Positions 55,238 through 64,000 of a DNA stretch of 64,000 nucleotides are shown piece by piece; within the stretch, counting starts at the first letter, position 1; each line of letters starts with the position of its first letter. The stretch covers positions 5,113 to 69,112 of the forward strand of contig CAZCBX010000012.1 of assembly GCA_964497185.1 (NCBI GenBank). Direction: 5' to 3'. This stretch comes from an uncultured Bdellovibrionales bacterium. Its GTDB lineage: Bacteria > Bdellovibrionota_G > JALEGL01 > JAGRMV01. The notes beneath the pieces were generated by a model, which worked only from the letters and a program-made list of their open reading frames with translations, made no database searches and was not told the origin of the DNA. The translations under genes and the position numbers were made by a program.

Positions 55238-56080
55238 CTAAGTTTGCAAGGGTCTTTGTCCAACCACCATGCGGTCTATTCCAGCCAAATCATTGTAACC
55301 TTTTACGTCAATCCATCCAGTTTTCTGAAGGCTTTTGAGCAGCGACGCCCCTTGTCCACAACCATGTTCCAGCACCAACCAACCGCCCGGCTTGGTTTTA
55401 CAAAACGCTTGCGCTATTAATTCTTCGAGCAGTGCATAACCATCCCGCTCTGCAAAAAGTGCTTCTTCGGGCTCCTGCAACACTTCCGGTTGCAGCCCGG
55501 GTCGATCTTTGGGCGCGACATACGGAAGATTGGCAATGACCAGATCAAAACAATCCTCCACACAAGCAAGCAAATGGGCACGCCGCCATTGAACCTGCGC
55601 CTGATGTTGGCGGGCGTTTGTCTGAGCGACCTCTAACGCCTCGGCACTCACATCGACCCCAACCACCTGTGCTTCTGGCAGCTCTTTGGCCAACGTAATG
55701 GCAATAACACCACTACCCGTACCCACATCACAAATGTGGGGGGTGCGCATTTTTGAAAAGGTGTTTAAGGTCCAATCAATGAGTTGTTCGGTTTCGGGCC
55801 TTGGAATTAAAACCGAAGGAGATATTGAAAACACCCGACCATAAAACTCTTTTTGCCCAACCAAATACGCCACCGGTATGCGCTTGGCTCGTTTTTCAAT
55901 CAGCTGATCAAAAACAACTTTACAGTCAGGTGCAAAGTGCGTGTGTGCATGAATCATTAATTGCTCTTGGGTCCATCTCAATGTGTGGCACATTAAAACC
56001 TTGGCGCTCAAGCGCGCATCTGGCACTCGCGCCTCTTTCAACACTTGCTCTGCTTGATGTATGGCTTGAATGACCGTCAA
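55238..56080 (-). CDS. prmC: release-factor glutamine N5-methyltransferase
   Basis: 280 aa. SAM motif DVGTGSGVIA. Catalytic tetrapeptide variant NLPY (IANLPYV). Directly downstream of prfA. Confidence 0.85.
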   Translation of the reverse strand: MTVIQAIHQAEQVLKEARVPDARLSAKVLMCHTLRWTQEQLMIHAHTHFAPDCKVVFDQLIEKRAKRIPVAYLVGQKEFYGRVFSISPSVLIPRPETEQLIDWTLNTFSKMRTPHICDVGTGSGVIAITLAKELPEAQVVGVDVSAEALEVAQTNARQHQAQVQWRRAHLLACVEDCFDLVIANLPYVAPKDRPGLQPEVLQEPEEALFAERDGYALLEELIAQAFCKTKPGGWLVLEHGCGQGASLLKSLQKTGWIDVKGYNDLAGIDRMVVGQRPLQT

Positions 56081-56083
56081 AAT

Positions 56084-57163
56084 TTATGAAGCTTTACTTT
56101 CACTTTGAAGCAATTCAGCTTGATGGTGGGTGCGCAGTTCGGTGATCACCTCTTCCAAATCGCCTTCCATGACTAGGTCCAATTTATGCAGCGTGAGATT
56201 GATTCGGTGATCGGTCAAACGGTTTTGTGGATAGTTGTACGTGCGAATTCGTTCACTTCGATCGCCGGAGCCCACCATGGATTTACGGGTTTTTGAAATT
56301 TCTGCATGTTGTTTGGCTAGCTCCATATCCAGCAAGCGCGAGGCCAATACTTTCATCGCTTTGGCTTTGTTTTTGTGCTGTGATTTTTCATCCTGACACA
56401 CCACCACCAAACCCGATGGCAAATGAGTGATGCGCACAGCCGAGTCTGTTGTGTTAACCGACTGACCCCCTGGCCCACCGGCCCGCATAACATCAATTTT
56501 TAAATCCTTGTCTTGAATGTTCACATCCACCTCATCGGCCTCTGGCATCACCACCACACTGCACGCCGAAGTATGCACACGTCCTTGTGTTTCGGTGGCG
56601 GGCACCCGCTGCACACGATGCACGCCGCCCTCAAATTTTAGCTGGCTATACACATCCGTGCCATTGATCATGGCGATCACTTCTTTCAAACCACCCGAGC
56701 CCGATTCGCTCTGCGACATAATTTCCAAATTCCACCGATGATTTTCTGCAAAACGAGAATACATACGAAATAAATCCGCGGCGAAAAGGCCTGCCTCGTC
56801 GCCGCCCGTGCCGGCACGAATTTCCAACATTACGTTTTTTGTATCCAAAGGATCCTTGGGCAACAATAGTAGCTGAAGCTTTTCTTCCAGCGCTTCGATT
56901 TGTTGCTCCAGCTCTGGAATTTCTTCTTTGGCCAGTGCAGCCACTTCTTTGTCTGCACCTTTGGACAGCTCATAGTTTTCTTCTAGCTGTTTTTGAACTG
57001 CTTTAAGGGTTCGGTAGCCCTCCACCACTGGCTTGATGTCGGCGTACTCTTTGGAAATTTTATTGTAGAGTTCTCGATTGGAAATCACATCGTTGTCAGA
57101 CATTTGCATTGAAATGTCCTCAAATTTTTTTTCCACTTCCGCCAATTTTGAAAATATAGACAT
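56084..57163 (-). CDS. prfA: peptide chain release factor 1
   Basis: 359 aa. PAT tripeptide ([10 protein letters not shown]), GGQ motif (GPGGQSVN). Confidence 0.95.
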   Translation of the reverse strand: MSIFSKLAEVEKKFEDISMQMSDNDVISNRELYNKISKEYADIKPVVEGYRTLKAVQKQLEENYELSKGADKEVAALAKEEIPELEQQIEALEEKLQLLLLPKDPLDTKNVMLEIRAGTGGDEAGLFAADLFRMYSRFAENHRWNLEIMSQSESGSGGLKEVIAMINGTDVYSQLKFEGGVHRVQRVPATETQGRVHTSACSVVVMPEADEVDVNIQDKDLKIDVMRAGGPGGQSVNTTDSAVRITHLPSGLVVVCQDEKSQHKNKAKAMKVLASRLLDMELAKQHAEISKTRKSMVGSGDRSERIRTYNYPQNRLTDHRINLTLHKLDLVMEGDLEEVITELRTHHQAELLQSESKAS

Positions 57164-57238
57164 GGTCCCATCTTTCGCATAAAACTAAAGCATACTCCTA
57201 ACATAGGCCTACGCCCCACGCAACGAAGGAAATCCATC

Positions 57239-58975
57239 TTGTCTCAATTGCACGCTCCATTTACCCCAACCACCATTCCAAATTTGTTTTTTTATTCTGC
57301 AAGGCAGCACCCCACCCGCACCGCTTTTTCTTTTAAAAGCCAAGCACAGTGGCACAACATTTCATACGCCACAGCCCAAAACACCATTGTTCAAATTGGC
57401 CGCCTTTTGATGGACCAAGGCATTGAAGCGGGCGACCGCGTGGCTATTTTTTCTTACAACTGTCCAGAGTGGGTGATGGCTGATTTTGCCATTCAAGCCA
57501 TCGGTGCCGTCACGGTACCCCTTTATTCATCCCTCAATGCAGCCCAAGCCTCTCAAATTCTGGAACACGCGCAGGCGAAATTTTTATTTGTGCAAACACC
57601 CAACCACCAAAAAAATTTAATCGAAGAAAAGTCCGACCTGCACTCACTGGGCTTTCAAAGTTTTGAAACCGAAAGCTGGAAGGCATACTGCCAGCAAAAG
57701 CCCTCATGCACGTCGAAAGATTTTTTCATGCGCATGCGTGAAGTCAAGCCAGACCAGCTGGCCAGCATTGTGTACACCTCCGGCACCACCGGAGAGCCCA
57801 AAGGGGTGTGTTTGTCTCATCACAACATCGTATCCAACGTATTGACCGCCCTAGACCTAATTCACATTGGTGAGCAAGACGTATCTCTTTCCTTTTTGCC
57901 CCTAAGTCATATGTTTGAACGCATGACTGGCTGTTATTGCGTCTTGTCCAAGGGAGCCAAAATGGCTTTTTGTAGCAATATTTTAGAAGTGGCCGAAGAT
58001 CTCAAAGAAGTCCGCCCCACGCTTTTGATGACCGTGCCGCGCCTTTTGGAAAAAATTCACCAAAAAGTATGCAATCAGGTGCTCGAAAAACCCAAATGGG
58101 TGCAGAACTTGTTTCAATATGCCACCGGTCGTCCGACCTCCGGTCTGCTTCGCGCTGTTTTTGAAAAAATGTTTTTTTCTAAAATCCGTGAAGGCCTTGG
58201 CGGCAACTTACGCTTAGTGGTATCGGGCGGCGCGGCGCTCAATCCAGACATCGAGCGTTTTTTTCAGCATTGTGGCTTAACCATTTTGCAGGGCTATGGC
58301 CTGACCGAAACATCCCCCGTGGTGGCCGTTAATCCCCCCGACAACATCAAAATTGGCACCATCGGCCCTGCCATCGAAGGTGTTGAAGTTCGCATTGCCG
58401 ATGACGGCGAACTCCAAGTCAAGGGCCCCAATGTGATGGTGGGTTATTTTCGCAACCCCGAAGAAACCAAAGCAGTGATGACCGAAGACGGTTATTTTAA
58501 AACTGGAGACATCGCCAGCATCGATGAAGACGGATACATTCGCATCACCGACCGCATCAAAGACTTGATCGTGACCTCTGGGGGTAAAAAAATCGCGCCT
58601 CAACCCATCGAACAACAACTACTCAAATCCAGCTGGATCGACCAGGTATGCTTGGTGGGCGAAGGGCAAAAAACCATTGGTGCTTTGATTGTGCCGGACT
58701 ATGACAAAATCAAAACACTGGCCGCCTCCCGAGGCTTGGAAGGGGAAAACATGGCTCGCTTGCTCAGCCACCACGATATTTTAGCCCCGTTCGAGGAGCA
58801 AATCGCACGCGTCAACGAAAACTTGTCGCAATACGAAAAAATCAAAGCCTTCAAACTGCTAGAACATGAATTCACACTGGATCGCGAAGAAATCACCCCC
58901 ACCCTTAAGCTGCGCCGCAAAAACATTTATCGAAACTATGCGTCGGAAATCAGCCACATGTGGGACCGTGATTGA
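57239..58975 (+). CDS. long-chain fatty acid--CoA ligase (AMP-forming)
   Basis: 578 aa, TTG start preceded by GAAGGA. AMP-binding motif IVYTSGTTGEPKGV. GYGLTETS, TGDIASIDEDGYIRITDRIKD. Confidence 0.85.
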   Translation: MSQLHAPFTPTTIPNLFFYSARQHPTRTAFSFKSQAQWHNISYATAQNTIVQIGRLLMDQGIEAGDRVAIFSYNCPEWVMADFAIQAIGAVTVPLYSSLNAAQASQILEHAQAKFLFVQTPNHQKNLIEEKSDLHSLGFQSFETESWKAYCQQKPSCTSKDFFMRMREVKPDQLASIVYTSGTTGEPKGVCLSHHNIVSNVLTALDLIHIGEQDVSLSFLPLSHMFERMTGCYCVLSKGAKMAFCSNILEVAEDLKEVRPTLLMTVPRLLEKIHQKVCNQVLEKPKWVQNLFQYATGRPTSGLLRAVFEKMFFSKIREGLGGNLRLVVSGGAALNPDIERFFQHCGLTILQGYGLTETSPVVAVNPPDNIKIGTIGPAIEGVEVRIADDGELQVKGPNVMVGYFRNPEETKAVMTEDGYFKTGDIASIDEDGYIRITDRIKDLIVTSGGKKIAPQPIEQQLLKSSWIDQVCLVGEGQKTIGALIVPDYDKIKTLAASRGLEGENMARLLSHHDILAPFEEQIARVNENLSQYEKIKAFKLLEHEFTLDREEITPTLKLRRKNIYRNYASEISHMWDRD

Positions 58976-59050
58976 ATATTTAATTTTGGTAAAGACCCAT
59001 AAATCGCTTGCGCTATCCATCAAAATCAGTCTAAATACATAGGGTATTTC

Positions 59051-59129
59051 ATCGAGGGAGCCTCTGGCTCGATTCTAAATCCTTGAGCCACACGATCCCC
59101 CTAATCTGGCTCAAAGCTTTATCCTCGAT
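59051..59129 (+). ncRNA. structured element (three-stem fold with alternative pairings); candidate cis-regulatory leader or 3'-UTR sRNA
   Basis: Closing stem atcgagg (59051-57) / cctcgat (59123-29). Inner hairpins gagcc-tct-ggctc (59058-70) and ttgagcca-N16-tggctcaa (59083-114). A second ctcgat (59068-73) can compete for the 5' arm. No match to any riboswitch class I can recall. Confidence 0.35.
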
Positions 59130-59142
59130 CCAATATAAAAAA

Positions 59143-59174
59143 AGCGGCCTTCATGGAGGTCGCTTTTTTATTTT
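59143..59174 (+). terminator. canonical intrinsic terminator
   Basis: agcggcct-tcatgg-aggtcgct (one G-U pair) followed by tttttatttt. Lies 168 nt after the ligase stop and 66 nt before the DUF805 gene. Confidence 0.75.
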
Positions 59175-59239
59175 GGATTCATTCGCGGTCTACGTATAGT
59201 GATATAGTCATTCAAACATAATAGGAAAGATCAAAGCAC

Positions 59240-59617
59240 ATGAACATTCAACAAGCTGTTCAAACGGTTTATAAAAATTATTTTAACTTTGGCGGGCGGT
59301 CGCGTCGCAGTGAGTTTTGGTATTTTATTTTGTTTACCTTTTTGGTGCAAATCGCACTGGCATTGCCTGCACTGATGATCAGCAAAAACCTTGAAACCCT
59401 TTTTGGCATCGTGTCAGGTTTGTTTTCATTGTTTAACGTTATACCCTCTTTTGCGGTTACTTTTCGACGGCTCCACGACGCGGGCAAAAGTGCCTGGAAC
59501 CTTTTATGGATGCTTCTTCCCATCTTAGGCCAGTTTTATGTGCTGTATTTGTACTGCAAACCATCGGACAGTCCCAATCGATGGGGCAGCCAGCCCATTT
59601 CACCCAATCAGTTTTAA
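59240..59617 (+). CDS. DUF805 family inner-membrane protein
   Basis: 125 aa. FNFGGRSRRSEFWYFILF and FRRLHDAGKSAWNLL are the DUF805 (YhaH/YhaI-like) hallmarks. Confidence 0.8.
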   Translation: MNIQQAVQTVYKNYFNFGGRSRRSEFWYFILFTFLVQIALALPALMISKNLETLFGIVSGLFSLFNVIPSFAVTFRRLHDAGKSAWNLLWMLLPILGQFYVLYLYCKPSDSPNRWGSQPISPNQF

Positions 59618-59625
59618 TCAGCCCC

Positions 59626-60408
59626 ATGGATTCTTATCACCACAAACCTTGGTCTTACGGCAAACATTGGTTTTCAGACACCTGGCAAGACACTAAAAAA
59701 AGCTACGGACTCTTATTGGGCAGCATTTTGTTGGGCATGGTTTTAACCACCATGGCGCAGATGATTCCGGTGATTGGTTTTTTGATCGGCACGGCCATCA
59801 ATGGCGCCGTTTACATCGGTATTTTTTACGTAGCCCACCGCTGCATTCTAAAACAAAAAACCCATATTCAAGATGTATTTATCTGTTTTGAACATCGCAG
59901 AGATGCCTGGCTACAAAGTTTTATCTTTGGTCTCTTTACGCTCTTGTTTATGATCATCCTGGCTTTGGCCATGATCATTGCGGCTGTCATGATTGTGGGC
60001 GCCGCTCAAATTCAGCAACAATTTACCGATACGCAACCCCTTAATGAAATGCTGGTTCACTGGCCACTGCTTATTTTTGTCGAATGCCTGCTCCTACTTT
60101 TATTTGTTACGCTAACCCTTCCCATGTTTTATTTTGCCTATCCATTGATCTTTTTCCGAAAAATGGGGGCTTGGGAGGCCATGATGCTTAGTTCCAAAGC
60201 GGTATGGAGCAATGCCGGCTCTCTGACCTACTTTGGCCTTGTTGCTTTGGGCATTGTTGGATTGGGCTTACTATTTTTGATTGTGGGTGTGTTTTTTACC
60301 ATGCCATGGATGTACACCGCCTACATCAAAAGCTACCACGACATTTTCGAAGTGCCTCAAGCAGACCAAACTGGACTTACGCCCCCCATATCGAAAGTTT
60401 CTCTTTAG
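59626..60408 (+). CDS. polytopic membrane protein (hypothetical)
   Basis: 260 aa from MDSYHHKPW (ATG 9 nt after the DUF805 stop). At least 5 hydrophobic helices. ORF opens at 59506 inside the previous gene. Confidence 0.55.
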   Translation: MDSYHHKPWSYGKHWFSDTWQDTKKSYGLLLGSILLGMVLTTMAQMIPVIGFLIGTAINGAVYIGIFYVAHRCILKQKTHIQDVFICFEHRRDAWLQSFIFGLFTLLFMIILALAMIIAAVMIVGAAQIQQQFTDTQPLNEMLVHWPLLIFVECLLLLLFVTLTLPMFYFAYPLIFFRKMGAWEAMMLSSKAVWSNAGSLTYFGLVALGIVGLGLLFLIVGVFFTMPWMYTAYIKSYHDIFEVPQADQTGLTPPISKVSL

Positions 60409-60469
60409 CAGGGGTAATTTCGATCTATATCGTTGCTTTTTTAGGTTATTTCTTTTTTCTAGAAGTTTG

Positions 60470-62941
60470 TTAGGCGACGTCTATGTATTGCAATCGCTTG
60501 GACCATAAGTTTGTAAGCACCCAAGTGAGCACTTGGTTTTCAGCTTTTTCCAATGTCGGGTCTTCATTGATCAAAAGTTGCGCTTCACGCCGGGTTTGTT
60601 CCAGCAGGTCCATGTCTCTAGGAAATTGTGCCATGGAAAAGTGAGGCATGCCCGATTGGGCCACGCCAAAAAAGTCGCCTGGGCCGCGCAATTTTAAATC
60701 TTCTTCGGCCAGGGTAAAACCATCATAAATGGTGGAAAATTTTTTCAGACGGGCTTTGGCGGTCATGGATGCATTGGGGGGTGTAAGCAATATGCACTGA
60801 GATGCTTGGTCACCTCGGCCAACCCTTCCCCTCAGCTGGTGCAGCTGGGCCAACCCAAATCGTTCGGGATGTTCAATGACCATTAACGTGGCATTGGGCA
60901 CATCAATGCCCACTTCAATCACGGTGGTGGACACCAGTATGTCAAGCTGCCCTTGCGAAAAAGCTTGCATCACATCGTCTTTTTCTTGCGCGCCCATTTG
61001 TCCATGCAACAAGCCCACGCGCAAATCTTGAAACACCTTTTTTTGGTAATCCTGTGCCATGCTCACGGCATCCTTGGCATCCAAATGCTCCGAGGCTTCC
61101 ACCAGTGGGTACACCATAAAAACTTGTTGGCCTTTGGCTACGGTTTCACGGATCATTTGATACACTTGGGCACGCTTGGCTTCTTGCATGACAAAGGTTT
61201 CAACGCGTTTTCGATGGCGAGGCATTTCGTTGATCATCGAAACATCAATGTCGCCAAACAAAGTTAAGGCTAGCGACCGAGGAATGGGGGTCGCTGACAT
61301 CACCAATACATCGGGGGTTTGTGTTTGGTTGCGAATTCGATTTTTCTGCCGAACCCCAAACCGATGCTGTTCATCGATGATCACCAAACCCAAATTTTGA
61401 AATTGAACATAGTCTTCAATCAGGGCGTGGGTGCCAATGAGCAAATCAATCTTGCCTGCTTGCAAACGTTTGATGATTTCTTGTTTCTCTTTGGCGGTGT
61501 GTTTGCCCACCAACGTCTGTACTTGAAGATCCATGTTTTGGGTCATGGCCTCAATGGAAGCTGCATGCTGCATGGCCAGCAAGGCGGTGGGTGCCATCAA
61601 TGCAGCTTGATGGCCATGGTCTATGGCCTTTAATGCCGCCATCAATGCCACCACCGTTTTACCACTGCCAACATCTCCTTGAATCAGGCGATTCATCGCG
61701 ACGGGCTTTTGCATGTCACGCTCAATTTCTTCAAAACATTTTTTTTGGCTCTGGGTTAACTCAAATGGCAGTTGATGCACCAATTGTTTCACACGCGGCG
61801 TTTCTTGATTAAAAGCAATGCCAGGTGTGTGGTTGTTTTGTTTGCGCACCAAATGGGCCAAGGCGTAATAAAAAAGCTCTTCAAATGCCAGCTGTCGGCT
61901 CAATCCATCGGTGTCTTCTTGGGTTAAGAGGTTGGTGGGCTGATGCAAATGAAACAAAGCTTTCCAAGGTGGCATGAGATTATACTTTTCATACAACGGC
62001 ATGGGCAAAAGACCTTTGCGGTGTTGCACATCGCTCATCACCAAATTGTACATCACCTTTCGAAGTGTTTTTTGATACATGCCGCCAATTTCGCGATAAA
62101 CGGGTACCACTTTGCCAAAGCCCATGGCGTCCTGTTGGCCTGTGTACACTTCAATGTCGGGATGGTGCATCTCTAGATTGTGTTTGTACTTTTTGACTTT
62201 GCCCGTTACGACAATTTTTTGATCCCGGCGAAATCTTTTTTCAAATGAACTTTGGTGAAAACGAAACCACTTTAACCGCAAGCTGCCACTTTGATCTTCC
62301 ATTTCAATTTCAAACATTTTGCGACGAGAGCCACGGTAATAGGTCGTGCCTGCATAGACCACCGTGCCGCAAAGCGTGACTTGTTGATCCAAGGGCACGT
62401 CGACAATGTCTACAGTTTGTTTTCGGTCTTCGTAACGAAAAGGCAAAAAATGCAGCAAATCAAAAACCGTGGCGATGCCGTATTTTCGAAACTTATCCGC
62501 TAGGGCCGGTCCCACTCCCTTGACATATTGCACAGACTTTCCAAGCTTTTTATACGCGGTGGCCAGTTCTTCCATGGTGCAGGAGGTATGATCACTGGCA
62601 TGAAAAGAAAAATCAATGGTCTTTGCCGGCGTTTCGGTTGGCTGGGTTGGTTTGGGCAGGTCCATGGTTGGGCCCTGTCCCTGAAGCAGTGTTAAACTGG
62701 CGCGAATGGTTTTTTTTTGCTCTTCCAAAGATTGCGCTTCAAAATTGGCAAACAATGTTTCCACTGCTTCCACTCTTCTTCGCCACAAATCTTTCAAATC
62801 TTGTTTTTTTAACTGCGCACATTTGTCCCGCACCATCCTTGATAAGTTTTTTACTTTGGGCAGACTACGAAACTCTTGATGGACCAATGATTGAAGCGGT
62901 CGACAAATGGTTTCGATCATTTCATGGCTGGCCTGATCCAT
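60470..62941 (-). CDS. recG: ATP-dependent DNA helicase RecG (with about 130-aa N-terminal extension)
   Basis: 823 aa. Wedge/OB region, Walker A QGDVGSGKT, DEQHRFG, SATPIPRS, TVIEVGIDVPNAT, QLRGRVGRG. Confidence 0.9.
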   Translation of the reverse strand: MDQASHEMIETICRPLQSLVHQEFRSLPKVKNLSRMVRDKCAQLKKQDLKDLWRRRVEAVETLFANFEAQSLEEQKKTIRASLTLLQGQGPTMDLPKPTQPTETPAKTIDFSFHASDHTSCTMEELATAYKKLGKSVQYVKGVGPALADKFRKYGIATVFDLLHFLPFRYEDRKQTVDIVDVPLDQQVTLCGTVVYAGTTYYRGSRRKMFEIEMEDQSGSLRLKWFRFHQSSFEKRFRRDQKIVVTGKVKKYKHNLEMHHPDIEVYTGQQDAMGFGKVVPVYREIGGMYQKTLRKVMYNLVMSDVQHRKGLLPMPLYEKYNLMPPWKALFHLHQPTNLLTQEDTDGLSRQLAFEELFYYALAHLVRKQNNHTPGIAFNQETPRVKQLVHQLPFELTQSQKKCFEEIERDMQKPVAMNRLIQGDVGSGKTVVALMAALKAIDHGHQAALMAPTALLAMQHAASIEAMTQNMDLQVQTLVGKHTAKEKQEIIKRLQAGKIDLLIGTHALIEDYVQFQNLGLVIIDEQHRFGVRQKNRIRNQTQTPDVLVMSATPIPRSLALTLFGDIDVSMINEMPRHRKRVETFVMQEAKRAQVYQMIRETVAKGQQVFMVYPLVEASEHLDAKDAVSMAQDYQKKVFQDLRVGLLHGQMGAQEKDDVMQAFSQGQLDILVSTTVIEVGIDVPNATLMVIEHPERFGLAQLHQLRGRVGRGDQASQCILLTPPNASMTAKARLKKFSTIYDGFTLAEEDLKLRGPGDFFGVAQSGMPHFSMAQFPRDMDLLEQTRREAQLLINEDPTLEKAENQVLTWVLTNLWSKRLQYIDVA

Positions 62942-62949
62942 AGGATCCT

Positions 62950-64000
62950 TTACGCCAAGCTTTGCAGACTTAAAACACTGCTTCCATTTTCAATGATTTG
63001 TTCGATGGATTTTGCCGCTGCGTGCGAGCCCTCAAGTGTCGTAAAATAAGGAATCGACTTTTCCAGCGCTGTTCGGCGTATGGAATAAGAGTCCTCAATC
63101 GACTGCTGACCAAACGTGGTATTCAATACCAAATGAACCTCAGCATTGATCATTTTATCCACAATGTGTGGCCGACCTTCACTCACTTTGTTGACCTTTT
63201 TTACATCCAACCCTTTTTCGCGCAAAAAGTTGGCGGTTCCGCGTGTGGCAATCACTTCAAAACCCTGCTTGAGCATCGATGCGGCAATGGAAATCGCCGC
63301 CTCTTTGTCTTGGTCTTGCACACTGATAAATACGCACCCTTGGGTGGGCAGCTCATTGCCTGCTGCGATCTGCGCTTTGGCGTAGGCAATTTCCCATGTT
63401 GGGTCCAAGCCCATCACTTCTCCGGTTGATTTCATTTCAGGACCCAAAATGGTGTCCTCATCGGTGAATTTTAAAAAAGGAAACACGGGAGTTTTAACAC
63501 TGTACGTTTTTTCAGTGTACACACGCGCCAAAGCTTTTTCATCCAGCGCCTGACCCAATAATATTTTTACCGCTTCAAACACCAACGGCACGCCGGTGGA
63601 CTTGGATACAAAGGGTACGGTTCGAGATGCGCGTGGATTGACTTCAATGATGTAAAGCGTTTGACCCTGTAGCGCATATTGAATGTTGAGAAATCCTTTT
63701 ACGCCCAGCTCCACTGCAATGCGGTGGGTTGTGTCTCGAATTTCCTGCATGATGGTTTCCGATATTGAGAAAGGTGGCAGAACACAGCTGCTATCGCCTG
63801 AGTGAACCCCTGCTTGTTCAACGTGCTGCATGATGCCGGACACCACCGTTTTTTGGCCATCACTGATGGCATCGACATCCAGCTCGATCGAATTTTGCAA
63901 ATACCGATCAATCAATATGGGATGATCGGGCGTTACGCGAACCGCGGTGGTTAGATAACGTTCCAACTGGGCTCGATCGTAAACGATTTCCATGGCTCGA
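62950..64000 (-). CDS. carB: carbamoyl-phosphate synthase large subunit, C-terminal part (gene continues beyond the window)
   Basis: ATP-grasp end (IIEVNPRASRTVPFVSKSTGVP) and MGS-like allosteric domain (GCVFISVQDQDK...ATRGTANFL...GRPHIVD). The ORF runs to the window edge, so the ATG at 63993 is not the real start. Confidence 0.9.
   Translation of the reverse strand, partial: RAMEIVYDRAQLERYLTTAVRVTPDHPILIDRYLQNSIELDVDAISDGQKTVVSGIMQHVEQAGVHSGDSSCVLPPFSISETIMQEIRDTTHRIAVELGVKGFLNIQYALQGQTLYIIEVNPRASRTVPFVSKSTGVPLVFEAVKILLGQALDEKALARVYTEKTYSVKTPVFPFLKFTDEDTILGPEMKSTGEVMGLDPTWEIAYAKAQIAAGNELPTQGCVFISVQDQDKEAAISIAASMLKQGFEVIATRGTANFLREKGLDVKKVNKVSEGRPHIVDKMINAEVHLVLNTTFGQQSIEDSYSIRRTALEKSIPYFTTLEGSHAAAKSIEQIIENGSSVLSLQSLA

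Noticed and set aside
55238-56080. PrmC catalytic motif reads NLPY instead of the usual NPPY, as a possible sign of inactivation
   Set aside because: It is a single conservative deviation in an otherwise intact protein in the canonical prfA-prmC operon. That is insufficient to call it a pseudogene or a functional shift.

Overview
64-kb chromosomal window, mid-GC by eye, densely coding: about 55 CDS, 2 tRNAs, no rRNA, no CRISPR array, no transposase or phage genes. All calls rest on reading the ORF translations and the DNA by eye; no searches were run. Most genes are housekeeping: fadE, purA, serA/serC-like, an Hsp70 plus J-protein pair, xerC, trmFO, dprA, ybgF/cpoB, meaB, purQ, coaE, accD, murA, prmC, prfA, an acyl-CoA ligase, recG, a carB fragment, lexA, a poxB-like TPP enzyme, an AGCS symporter and a betaine-type ABC transporter. 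A Bdellovibrio-type histone-fold protein, a secreted EEP nuclease and TSP3/OmpA surface proteins suggest a Bdellovibrionota-like or delta-proteobacterium-like organism; this is inference only. The most unusual feature is a 10.8-kb gene (43022..53869, minus) for a 3,615-aa surface protein. It has DUF11-like repeats, about 1,750 aa of calcium-binding thrombospondin-type-3 repeats with a nested A-B5-A' duplication, then an internal sorting-tail plus signal-peptide-like junction, followed by a complete beta-barrel + OmpA_C anchor paralogous to the separate gene at 409..1839. Other points of interest: a minimal nucleotidyltransferase plus small-protein cassette bracketed by two copies of a GGGGACAGACA hairpin; a single ORF that looks like a fused Gp49/HigB toxin and HigA-type antidote; and a 67-nt hairpin element family with compensatory base changes, whose two intact copies lie in inverted orientation around the purA-to-Hsp70 block. 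There are also tRNA-Glu 3'-end fragment repeats and an AT-rich orphan gene next to the tRNA pair, a 38-bp perfect palindrome, tandem 68-bp structured repeats beside the histone gene, and two candidate cis-regulatory leaders. I could not identify a clear multi-gene novel defence system; the candidates above are ranked by how far the sequence itself supports them.
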